DNA of 64,000 bases from Candidatus Saccharimonadota bacterium (GCA_020427965.1 JAGQNT010000188.1:708-64707); one strand, 5' to 3'. Counted from the stretch's first letter, positions 37,368 to 45,785 are shown. A program made the numbers and translations. The notes: generated by a model from the letters alone, not told the origin.

Positions 37368-38363
37368 ATGCGAAAAACGAAGAAGATTACTAAGGTACGC
37401 ATACAGAAGCAGCGCTCACAGAAGCGTTTATTTGCGGGCGTAATGGTATCACTACTAATTGCAGCAACAGCGTACCAGGTCGTGAACCAGCGTATCAGCG
37501 CCTCGTCTAATGCCGCCTCGATTAGGATGGTGACATACAACGTACTCATTAGCACTACTTCAAAACAGACCATTTCCGATATAAAAAGAATCGTTTCACT
37601 CAAGGATCCGGACGTGATCTCGCTACAGGAACTGTACCAACACGGAAAGCGCAACGAAGTCCTAAAAGCGATTGCTTGTAACGACGGTTGTGCCTACGAG
37701 GCCTACGCACCGAACGGTGGTGGGGCAAAAGAAGAGCTAGTCATTTTATGGAAGCGAAGCCATTATTCCCTCGATACCAGCGGTAGTATCAAGACTGCAG
37801 ACGGTTGGAACGAACTCGGTCGCCATCACGGCGCCCTTTATTTCAATTTCGTTAAACTCAACGATATTACTTCACCCGAAAGGCAGATTATTGTCGGGAC
37901 AAACCACCTGCCATCACTGGTTGACCGCGATGATGATGGTCGACCTAACTGGAAAAAAATGCCAAAAAGAGTGGCCGCCTACAAGCAGCACATGCAAAAG
38001 GTAAACGAAAAAATCAGTTTCTGGAATACGAACTGTCAAAACGCTGCTATTTTCATCACCGGTGACTACAATGTCAATTATCGCAAGGACAGCAAAGTGA
38101 AGGTTAGTTTCTTCCCGTACGCCTCTTTTGCTAAGGTTGATGGACACTCGAACTGGCAAACGACTCCATTCGCAACAAACCATCCTAAAGCTACGACACT
38201 AGTACCATCCCCACCGATACCGGGTCAACCAAAGAACCGTCTCATAGATTACGTCTTCTTAGTTAAGAATGGCGCAGCGATTGATATTACTGGTAGCTCG
38301 ATCATATCAAAGCAAATGCACTCCGACCACAACGCAGTCGTCGCAAGCTATAAATACCAATAA
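37368..38363 (+). CDS. Endonuclease/exonuclease/phosphatase (EEP) family protein, secreted or membrane-anchored
   Basis: N-terminal TM; VTYNVL...LQEL...GTNHL...GDYN...SDHNAV motif series. Confidence 0.75.
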   Translation: MRKTKKITKVRIQKQRSQKRLFAGVMVSLLIAATAYQVVNQRISASSNAASIRMVTYNVLISTTSKQTISDIKRIVSLKDPDVISLQELYQHGKRNEVLKAIACNDGCAYEAYAPNGGGAKEELVILWKRSHYSLDTSGSIKTADGWNELGRHHGALYFNFVKLNDITSPERQIIVGTNHLPSLVDRDDDGRPNWKKMPKRVAAYKQHMQKVNEKISFWNTNCQNAAIFITGDYNVNYRKDSKVKVSFFPYASFAKVDGHSNWQTTPFATNHPKATTLVPSPPIPGQPKNRLIDYVFLVKNGAAIDITGSSIISKQMHSDHNAVVASYKYQ

Positions 38364-38369
38364 ATCGAA

Positions 38370-39098
38370 CTAGTCTGTCTCGGACACGACGTTGCCAGTC
38401 GCCAATAATACGTCTTTAATGGCGCCGATCTCGCGATTAATGGCTATGCCCTGCTGCGCAAGAGTGACATTATGGTCTGACGGCTCAATGATTGCTTGCT
38501 CCATTGCGACGTGAACCACTCGCCTGAGATGTTTACGGTGTCGATGGAATAATTTTGGCGAAACCTCACGCTCATCTGTCTGTAACGGCGTTATTACCTC
38601 ATCAAAGATTTCCGTCACTTGTCCTGTCAGCGTAGCGTCACTATGCAGTGTTGCTATTGGCTGGGCATGCGCTGCTAGCGTGTCTATTGCCTGGAGTGCT
38701 TCCTTAGCGTCACTGCACGTACTATCAGCGATCTTGCCGAGCTGCCGGGCGGTCACGAATAAAGGATTAAAACCAGGGTCCTGGATATTAGCAACGCCGA
38801 GCACCAGACTATCTCTTGCAGTCAAAATAAATTTGCGGCTAAACCGTATGTTCTCTGCCATTTCAGCGCTGCCGTCGTTAGTAACGATTTGCTGCCGCAG
38901 CAAATCATAAGGTAACACTGACAATATCTGGGTAGCCATGGCATGCAACGCCTCAGAGGACCAATCCGTAACCGCTAACCGGACATCGTCGGCCCACTCA
39001 CCGATTGGTTGTGGCCGGATCGGCCGCGCACTGGCCAAGAGGTCATCCAGTTGGCCAAGTACCGGATGATAATCTGACCACCCGATGGTAGTTCGCAT
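38370..39098 (-). CDS. Hypothetical 242-aa protein
   Basis: Its start overlaps the nusG stop. No family recognised. Confidence 0.5.
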   Translation of the reverse strand: MRTTIGWSDYHPVLGQLDDLLASARPIRPQPIGEWADDVRLAVTDWSSEALHAMATQILSVLPYDLLRQQIVTNDGSAEMAENIRFSRKFILTARDSLVLGVANIQDPGFNPLFVTARQLGKIADSTCSDAKEALQAIDTLAAHAQPIATLHSDATLTGQVTEIFDEVITPLQTDEREVSPKLFHRHRKHLRRVVHVAMEQAIIEPSDHNVTLAQQGIAINREIGAIKDVLLATGNVVSETD

Positions 39099-39643
39099 TA
39101 GACTCGTTTGACTTGCAGGCTGTCCAGCTCGACCGGTGTTTCGCGGCCAAACATGTTAACAAGGACTTTTAGCTTGCCTTTGGCGGCGTCAATTTCGTTA
39201 ATGGCACCATCAAAGCCCTTGAACGGACCATCGATGATATTGACGACTTCACCAAGTGCAAAGTCAATTTTGTGTTTAGGCTGCTCAAGACCCATTCGCT
39301 TCTGAATCTTTTCAATTTCGTCCTGACCGACGGGTGTTGGATCGGTGCCAGAGCCTACGAACCCTGTGACTGACGGGGTGTTACGGACGATGTACCAGGC
39401 ATCTTCGCTTAGCTTCATTTGTACTAGGACGTAGCCCTGGAAAATTTTCTTCTCGACGACTTTTCGCTTGCCGTTTTTTATCTCGATCTGTTTTTCCTTC
39501 GGTACGAGTACTTCAAAGATCTTGTCTTTCATGTCCAATGAATCCGCACGCTGACGGATAGATTCGGCCACCTTTTCTTCATAGCCACTGTACGTGTGTA
39601 TGGCATACCATTGCTTGGTTGCGTCGTATCGTTTGTTGCTCAT
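39098..39643 (-). CDS. nusG: Transcription termination/antitermination factor NusG
   Basis: WYAIHTYSGYEEKV (NGN domain) and a C-terminal KOW (GEVVNIIDGPFKGFDG). Confidence 0.95.
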   Translation of the reverse strand: MSNKRYDATKQWYAIHTYSGYEEKVAESIRQRADSLDMKDKIFEVLVPKEKQIEIKNGKRKVVEKKIFQGYVLVQMKLSEDAWYIVRNTPSVTGFVGSGTDPTPVGQDEIEKIQKRMGLEQPKHKIDFALGEVVNIIDGPFKGFDGAINEIDAAKGKLKVLVNMFGRETPVELDSLQVKRV

Positions 39644-40059
39644 TACTTTAGTAACACCTCTTTAAATAATTTATCTAGGACAAAATCGATGAAGGCAATC
39701 GCGACACCGAATACTGCCGAAAAAGCCAACACTGCAAAGGTTAATCGCCAGGTCTGGCGCCAGTTTGGCCAGGTAACAAGTCGCAGCTCCTTGAAGCTGT
39801 TTCGTACGTATGGCGGCGCTATGACATGGCCAATAATTCGACCGATGAACCGAAATGGCTTCCACCATTTGGTTTGCCAGAAACCCCAGCTAGCAATTTT
39901 ACGAAACGGCCAGCCAATTGCGGCAAGTACTCGTCGCCTACGACTTCTTGGTTTTGCCAATTTGCCCTGTGCGGTTAGTTGACGTTGACGAACTGTCTCT
40001 GCCGGCGCCTTTAAGCGTCGTTTTGGCCGCTTTTCGGCCGATTTGATGTCTTTTGCCAC
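39643..40059 (-). CDS. secE: Preprotein translocase subunit SecE with a basic N-terminal extension
   Basis: C-terminal ELRLVTWPNWRQTWRLTFAVLAFSAVFGVAIAFIDF. GTG start. Located upstream of nusG. Confidence 0.8.
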   Translation of the reverse strand: MAKDIKSAEKRPKRRLKAPAETVRQRQLTAQGKLAKPRSRRRRVLAAIGWPFRKIASWGFWQTKWWKPFRFIGRIIGHVIAPPYVRNSFKELRLVTWPNWRQTWRLTFAVLAFSAVFGVAIAFIDFVLDKLFKEVLLK

Positions 40060-40083
40060 CGTAGGTTTGCCCCTTTACAAACT

Positions 40084-40146
40084 AAAAAGCCTGCATTTTG
40101 CAGGCCTTATCAAGTCAAGTTTAGCACACGTATCACCAGAGGTCAA
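40084..40146 (-). promoter_or_regulatory. Candidate secE promoter followed by a terminator-like leader hairpin
   Basis: Minus strand: TTGACC (40146-40141), 17-nt spacer, TAAACT (40123-40118), then GCCTGCA-AAA-TGCAGGC plus TTTTT (40105-40084), ahead of the GTG at 40059. Confidence 0.4.
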
Positions 40147-40192
40147 TGACTAATCTAGGCTCATCTTGATTACGATACGGTATTATAGAGTC

Positions 40193-41701
40193 ATGTCAGA
40201 AGCGCTCATCGTCTTCTTGTTGGTTGCGGTCACACAACTCGTGATTTGGGCTCCACCCCTCTGGAAATATCATGTTTTAACCGCACGCGCCTACCTGGTT
40301 GCCACTACATTGTCGTATACCTGGCTACTGATAGACAACCCAACCTTCCTGGTAGTTTTGCTTGGTTGTTTGGCAGCGTATCGCCTCGTTAACCTGGGTC
40401 GAGTGGCCAAAAATCGTATGCGTGACGAATATCTTCGTGGTGTCACATGGCGAACCGCTTGGTGGTTTTTATCAATCGAAATTATAAGCGTTAGTGTATG
40501 GTGGCTGCTTTCACGCATGGATCGTGACGCGGGTGCCTTTTGGTATTTGTTGATAGTGTTCCAGGCAGTATTTGCGGTAATTCTGCTCCTGGTGACGTCT
40601 CGACACATGTATGCAACGCGACCACCCAAAAAAGTCGCGACTGTCAGTACGAAGGCTCTGCCGAGCTTAACAGTCGCAGTGCCGGCTCGTAACGAAGACG
40701 AGGCGCTTCGACGTTGTCTGGAGGATCTGGTTGCCAGTGACTACCCAAAGCTTGAGATTATTGTCCTAGATGATTGTTCGCAAAACCGCAATACGCCGGA
40801 AATTATCCGTAGCTTTGCTCACGCTGGCGTGCGTTTTATTGCTGGTGTTGAAGCCGAAGAATATTGGTTAGCCAAAAATTTTGCTTACCAGCAATTGGCG
40901 GATGTAGCCAGTGGCGAATACATCCTATTTTGTGGTACTGACGCACGGTTTGAGCCAGGCAGCCTACGGCTGCTGATCGAAACGATGCTGCACAAGAAAA
41001 AGAACATGGTCAGCGTCATTCCCCGCAATGTCGTACCTAAAAATCAGATCGGTCTCGCCATGCTCGTCCAGCCAATGCGGTACGCATGGGAAGTCTCACT
41101 ACCACGCAAGACGTTTCGTCGTCCACCAGTTCTCAGTACTTGTTGGGTAATCCAACGAAAGCTACTGGAAAACTCGGGCGGATTTAAAGCTGTCAGCCGT
41201 TCTGTGGTGCCAGAAAGCTATTTTGCCAGAGTAGCCGTAGTGCACGATGGCTACAGTTTTATGCAAAGTGATCAACGGATCGGTATTCGCTGCGACAAAG
41301 ACTACGGTACGCAGCACGACACAGCGACACGTACGAAGTACCCCCAGCTACATCGCCGTCCGGAACTCGTCTTTCTTTTAACGCTCGCAGAACTGATAAC
41401 AATACTGCTACCGCTGTGTCTCTTGGTAGCCAGTATTGGTACACCTGCGCTTCGCGGCGAAGCTATTACGGGCGGTATCACGACAGTCGTATTAGTCTTG
41501 TGGTACATGCTTGTGGTCACATTTACCTATCGGCGGCCAGTCTGGCTCAGTTTAATTGCGCTGCCATTTGCGGTACTGCACGATGTTGCGTTACTTAATT
41601 ATTCCATGCTCAAATACGAATTCTCAGCCGTACTCTGGAAAGGTCGCAACATTTGCATACCGGTTATGCGAATAGAGAGGTCGTTAAAGACCAAGTCCTA
41701 G
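40193..41701 (+). CDS. Membrane-embedded glycosyltransferase family 2
   Basis: N-terminal TM bundle, GT-A core (LTVAVPARNEDEAL...IIVLDDCS...GTDARF) and C-terminal TM segments. ATG 40193 chosen. Confidence 0.8.
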   Translation: MSEALIVFLLVAVTQLVIWAPPLWKYHVLTARAYLVATTLSYTWLLIDNPTFLVVLLGCLAAYRLVNLGRVAKNRMRDEYLRGVTWRTAWWFLSIEIISVSVWWLLSRMDRDAGAFWYLLIVFQAVFAVILLLVTSRHMYATRPPKKVATVSTKALPSLTVAVPARNEDEALRRCLEDLVASDYPKLEIIVLDDCSQNRNTPEIIRSFAHAGVRFIAGVEAEEYWLAKNFAYQQLADVASGEYILFCGTDARFEPGSLRLLIETMLHKKKNMVSVIPRNVVPKNQIGLAMLVQPMRYAWEVSLPRKTFRRPPVLSTCWVIQRKLLENSGGFKAVSRSVVPESYFARVAVVHDGYSFMQSDQRIGIRCDKDYGTQHDTATRTKYPQLHRRPELVFLLTLAELITILLPLCLLVASIGTPALRGEAITGGITTVVLVLWYMLVVTFTYRRPVWLSLIALPFAVLHDVALLNYSMLKYEFSAVLWKGRNICIPVMRIERSLKTKS

Positions 41702-42238
41702 TGAGACAGTACTCGCAACGACCCCAGCCGTGGTACCAGCATTAAATAACTGACTCGAGAGGTCGTGTCTGAGGCTGAATACACCAACCGCATAAGGTCC
41801 GTCAAGAGACCCTAGTGGATATACTCTGACAGAAACGTAAAGTCGTCGACCGTTTTTATGATGATGATAACTGTGATTCGGTAGTGAGTCTGTATAACGA
41901 CTCCAAGCTTCTAGGTTTTCTGGTGTCCGTGCATTTCCGATAGCAGGCAGCTTTGACTCTGTATCAATATGCGAGAACGATAGCTCTTGAAGTTCGTTTC
42001 TTTCGTACCCTAATATTGTAGATGCAGAATCACTGGCAGCGATAATTTTGCCTGTTGGCATGAATGCCAGTACGTATCGATCCTGATTCTTTCCGATTAG
42101 CATATCGAATGAATGAAGTAAATTGATATTACCACAACGTGGGCATTTGACTTCCAATACGCCCATACCAAGCAAACCCTTAAATAGGAGTTTGTTGCAC
42201 TTTTCGCATCTACGATCGTTCAAACTAACTGCCAACAT
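41684..42238 (-). CDS. Com-type zinc-ribbon plus PAS-like domain protein
   Basis: N-terminus RCEKCNKLLFKG...VKCPRCGNINLL (CxxC...CxxC). It is followed by a PAS-like segment (IIAASDSASTILGYERNELQELSFSHI). Confidence 0.6.
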   Translation of the reverse strand: MLAVSLNDRRCEKCNKLLFKGLLGMGVLEVKCPRCGNINLLHSFDMLIGKNQDRYVLAFMPTGKIIAASDSASTILGYERNELQELSFSHIDTESKLPAIGNARTPENLEAWSRYTDSLPNHSYHHHKNGRRLYVSVRVYPLGSLDGPYAVGVFSLRHDLSSQLFNAGTTAGVVASTVSLGLGL

Positions 42239-42268
42239 TGCTACTACAATAGTAACACAGTAGCAATA

Positions 42269-43378
42269 TTAATGTGGTTCACTGTCAATGTTTGGGACAG
42301 TGACTTCAAACTCAGAGCCTCTGTTTAGCTGGCTAGAAACTTTGATATCGGCTTGTAATAACTTAGCGAGCTTAGCCGTGACATACAGACCTAAGCCAGT
42401 GCCATTCGTGGAGCGGGTTCGAAAATCCTCTGATCGGAAAAACTTGTCAAAAATACGCTTTTGGTCCTGTCGACTGATGCCGATTCCAGTGTCTTTGACG
42501 ACAAATTTTATCCCGTTACCAGACTGGACGGCACTAATCGAGACACCACCGTGCTCGGTGTACTTCAGTGAATTCGTAACAAAGTTTTGCAGTACTTCCC
42601 TGACGTACAGCAGGCTACTACGGAGCTTGAGTCCGTCAGCGGCCCGCGCATCCAGCGTCAGGCCTTTATCGGTAGCTTGCTGCTTGTAGCTGTTTTGCAG
42701 ATCATGAACCAAACTCGTAACATCAATATCTTCTGCCTCGAGCACCAAAGCACCGCGTTCGGCTCGTGATAAGGTACTCAGGTCATTTATCATGTCTGCC
42801 AAAAATAGTACTTGGTTATGTGCCTCCTCGAGCGCCTTCTTGATCGGGTCTGCTCCCGTCTTTTCCGCCATAAACTGGGCATTGCTAAGGTTGCCCTCGG
42901 CAATCGCAATAGGCGTGCGTAATTCGTGACTCACGACGCTAATGAACTCATCACGCTCTTCTTCGAGTGATTTTTCGTGGGTAATGTCGCGCAGCATAAT
43001 AACGTAACCACGTTGACCGGTATCTCCGTAGCCAAGCCGCACTGGCGCAATACTGATGTATAAGTTTATTTTGCTCCCGTCTCCGTACTGCAACAGGAGA
43101 TCCCTGTTCGTGGTGGGCGTTTTAACATTTTGGATAATGGTCGTAATGTCAACTGGCTGGCCATCTTTATTGACCGGCTTTAGCACGGTATGCAGTAGGT
43201 GGTTTTGCATATTGCCGTTAACGTCCAAGATATTTAGGGCGGCACCGTTGTAGAGCTGGATTTTGGTGTGCTCATCGACGGCAATAACTCCGTCAGCCAT
43301 ACTGTTGATGAGGCTGGTGAGCCGTTCGTGCTCTAGTTTTGCACTCGGGAGTTTCGGTTTGGTTGCACGTCGGAACAT
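42269..43378 (-). CDS. Cytoplasmic PAS-domain histidine kinase
   Basis: PAS region, H-box FISVVSHELRTPI, HATPase_c (DTGIGI, GTGLGLYV). No TM segment. Confidence 0.9.
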   Translation of the reverse strand: MFRRATKPKLPSAKLEHERLTSLINSMADGVIAVDEHTKIQLYNGAALNILDVNGNMQNHLLHTVLKPVNKDGQPVDITTIIQNVKTPTTNRDLLLQYGDGSKINLYISIAPVRLGYGDTGQRGYVIMLRDITHEKSLEEERDEFISVVSHELRTPIAIAEGNLSNAQFMAEKTGADPIKKALEEAHNQVLFLADMINDLSTLSRAERGALVLEAEDIDVTSLVHDLQNSYKQQATDKGLTLDARAADGLKLRSSLLYVREVLQNFVTNSLKYTEHGGVSISAVQSGNGIKFVVKDTGIGISRQDQKRIFDKFFRSEDFRTRSTNGTGLGLYVTAKLAKLLQADIKVSSQLNRGSEFEVTVPNIDSEPH

Positions 43379-43467
43379 ATTGCTTGCATTCTATCACGCT
43401 AATGGCAAAACGGGGTTAGCTGCACAGTCGTAACCAAACCGTATACTACACTGCTTCGAGAGTTAGG

Positions 43468-43498
43468 CCCGTCCTAGGGCCTGTACGTGCGTCACAGG
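43468..43498. repeat. 31-nt GC-rich intergenic repeat (copy 1)
   Basis: CCCGTCCTAGGGCCTGTACGTGCGTCACAGG matches 53163-53193 at 29 of 31 positions. Confidence 0.8.
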
Positions 43499-43524
43499 CC
43501 CCATTTGACATGGTTGACCGAGGG

Positions 43525-44244
43525 TTATTTGAGGGCTTGCATAACGTTGAAGTTTGGCTGATAGCGGCGAATTTGTTTGCGTAATTGCTTTGCCTTCGGC
43601 TCGTGCTTGAGAAAACTATCCCAAAAATCCGGTCCATGATTGAGATGCCGGGTATGAATGAGTTCGTGTAGCAATACATAGTCGATGAGTTCCCACGGTA
43701 GCTGCATCAAGTACAGGTTTAGGACAATGCGTTTGTCTTGGTCGCAACTTCCCCAGCGACCTTTCAGTTGCTTGATAGACACTGATTTGTATGAAAATTC
43801 ATGGCGCTCGGCAATAGCAGCAAGCCGTGAGGGTAACTGGGCTTCCGCCTCATTGCGTAGTGCCTTGGTACTAGCTTTGATAGCGGCAGACTGAACGACT
43901 TGGTCGCTAGCGTCAATTCCGGCCGGATATGAAACTCTGACTTCGGTGTTGGTAACACGAGTAGTGGGCTTCTCGGCCTGAAAATTGACGCTCAGAATCA
44001 GCCGGTGATGTTTGCCGATTTCCTGCCCATTTTCAAGGGAGTAACTGCGCTGAGATGACTGTGCTTGCAGCCACGTTCGCTTACTGTGTGCAAAAGCCAG
44101 ACCAGTTTGATACGGAGCGTATGACGGAATCGTGACGCGTATTTTGCCATCAGATGTAACGCTAAGACGCATCGTGCGACTACCCCGCCGTTTATAGACA
44201 GTCAGCGGCCCAATGCCGTCCAAATTGAATTGTTTAAAAGCCAT
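43525..44244 (-). CDS. DUF45/YgjP-like (M48-type) metal-dependent hydrolase
   Basis: HELIHTRHLNHGPDFW zinc motif near the C-terminus; 239 aa. Confidence 0.75.
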   Translation of the reverse strand: MAFKQFNLDGIGPLTVYKRRGSRTMRLSVTSDGKIRVTIPSYAPYQTGLAFAHSKRTWLQAQSSQRSYSLENGQEIGKHHRLILSVNFQAEKPTTRVTNTEVRVSYPAGIDASDQVVQSAAIKASTKALRNEAEAQLPSRLAAIAERHEFSYKSVSIKQLKGRWGSCDQDKRIVLNLYLMQLPWELIDYVLLHELIHTRHLNHGPDFWDSFLKHEPKAKQLRKQIRRYQPNFNVMQALK

Positions 44245-44247
44245 GTA

Positions 44248-44910
44248 TTAGCGTATTACGATGTTGCGCCGCGTCATGTCGACACGACCAGAAGCTGGGT
44301 TGGGTACAAGATTAACGAGTCCGGGTTTTACGGCTTTGCTGTTGGCGTCACCACTCCCCAACATACCCAGTTCGCGCATACGGCGGGCCAGTGCTGAAAA
44401 TTGAGTGTTAAAGGTGTGTTTACCGCTAACAACCACAAAATCTTCATTTGGCTTCGGGTTTTGCATATGACCCACAAGGTCGTCAAAAGTCGCCCGGTCC
44501 ATTGCGGGCGAATACTTGTCGTCAGCACGGCGTCGATCTCGCTTGATGCTACGTGCGAATGAGCTCTCTAGGTCAACCTGGAACCAAACAACAACCGGAA
44601 CGGCATGGCAACGTCGCGCCAGCTCGCGCAGCTCTAAGCGCTGACGGGCACGCATTGAGTTGATGTCATACACCACACTCAGGCCGGCTTCCAGGAAAGA
44701 TTCGGTCATATACATCATTAGCTGGTTTACGACGTTATTTTCCTCTTTGTCGTAGCGAGGTTGCTCAAATAACTCAGCGCGAATGCGGTCGCCCTGGACA
44801 TGGGCTGCCTGGACACCTTCAGCAAATTGACGAGCAAAGTACGTCTTACCCGAACCAGGGTAGCCATACAACATAATCAGTGCCGGTTTGGTTGTGGCGA
44901 TTTTAGCCAT
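44248..44910 (-). CDS. P-loop kinase (AAA_33/zeta-toxin-like or polynucleotide-kinase-like)
   Basis: Walker A LYGYPGSGKTYFA, small-kinase size and layout. Substrate unknown. Confidence 0.65.
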   Translation of the reverse strand: MAKIATTKPALIMLYGYPGSGKTYFARQFAEGVQAAHVQGDRIRAELFEQPRYDKEENNVVNQLMMYMTESFLEAGLSVVYDINSMRARQRLELRELARRCHAVPVVVWFQVDLESSFARSIKRDRRRADDKYSPAMDRATFDDLVGHMQNPKPNEDFVVVSGKHTFNTQFSALARRMRELGMLGSGDANSKAVKPGLVNLVPNPASGRVDMTRRNIVIR

Positions 44911-45008
44911 ATTCTATCCATGTATAGCAGATTTCTCTCTGATTGAAAAGGGGAAACAGATGACAGATGTATCATTTTCGATTATCATAAAGCAGTCTTT
45001 GCCTTCGT

Positions 45009-45157
45009 AGGGGAGTAGCTCAGTTGGTAGAGCACCGGTCTCCAAAACCGGGTGTCGCAGGTGAGAACTGCCTGTGGCAGTTCGCAAGGGAGACCACTCT
45101 TGCAAACTGGTTTGCAAAGATGTGGCGACGGGGTCGCGGAACGTGACCAAGTCCTGC
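45009..45157 (+). pseudogene. tRNA-Trp(CCA)-like gene with an 85-nt insertion in the T-loop; no matching 3' acceptor strand
   Basis: The first 54 nt differ from the tRNA-Trp at 45191 at one position. The insert (45063-45147) follows the first T of the T-loop (T54). CAAGT-CCTGC then closes the T-stem, and the next 7 nt (CAGATTT) cannot pair with AGGGGAG. Confidence 0.55.
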
Positions 45158-45190
45158 CAGATTTGAACCTTTTCAGTAAAATTCTGTAGT

Positions 45191-45266
45191 AGGGGAGTAG
45201 ATCAGTTGGTAGAGCACCGGTCTCCAAAACCGGGTGTCGCAGGTTCAAGTCCTGTCTCCCCTGCCA
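45191..45266 (+). tRNA. tRNA-Trp (anticodon CCA), CCA encoded
   Basis: Hand-folded: AGGGGAG/CTCCCCT acceptor, anticodon loop CTCCAAA, T-arm GCAGG-TTCAAGT-CCTGT. Confidence 0.95.
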
Positions 45267-45309
45267 GAACTTATTCCGAAATGAAACCTACTTTTGCTAC
45301 AATCCAATC

Positions 45310-45591
45310 ATGCACTTAGATAATGGGGATTTTGGGACAGGATTATTGTTGTTAATCATTTCGGTTCCTGTGATTCTTGCAATTCTTACTCGTCATAAGC
45401 GGTCTATCGTCACTGTGGGAGTTTTATTGGCTCTTGGAGCTTACCCTGCATATGCTGCGATAAGTTTAGCGCTGACCGGCTGTTGCGGAGCGCCCAGCAC
45501 AGGCCTGGAATGGGTGGGCCCACTCGTAGGAATGCTAATGTTCGGGGCAGGCATACTTCTACTATCCTTTACGTCAAAAATCAGTAGATAA
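45310..45591 (+). CDS. Small membrane protein (93 aa)
   Basis: Three hydrophobic helices. No family recognised. Confidence 0.45.
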   Translation: MHLDNGDFGTGLLLLIISVPVILAILTRHKRSIVTVGVLLALGAYPAYAAISLALTGCCGAPSTGLEWVGPLVGMLMFGAGILLLSFTSKISR

Positions 45592-45707
45592 ACTGCGAGT
45601 TGTCTTTAATTTAAGCAAACTTGCTTGTTGAGTGTGATCTGAATCAGTAGCATCTCCGTTAGCCTTCGTTCTGCGTTTTTGTATCTTGAAAACATTGTGA
45701 ATAATGC

Positions 45708-45736
45708 TTGCGCTCTCTCTGTATAACGCTTATACT
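45708..45736 (+). promoter_or_regulatory. Sigma70-like promoter for the glucan operon
   Basis: TTGCGC, 17-nt spacer, TATACT, about 50 nt upstream of ATG 45786. Confidence 0.4.
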
Positions 45737-45785
45737 AAAACCAAATCATTCGTCAGTGGTTTGTAAACAGAAATAGAACAGGGGT

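Noticed and set aside
45063-45147. The T-loop insert might be a group I intron: it follows a U, and the Tyr-like copy ends in G.
   Set aside because: About 85 nt is far below the size needed for a group I core (P3-P9), and I could not find the conserved P7/G-binding features. The Trp copy also does not end in G at the expected junction. It is kept as an unknown element.
44914-45248. Track ORFs 44914-45150(-) and 44985-45248(-).
   Set aside because: They are read straight through the tRNA-Trp genes and the insert, have no SD, and their peptide similarity merely reflects the duplicated tRNA sequence.
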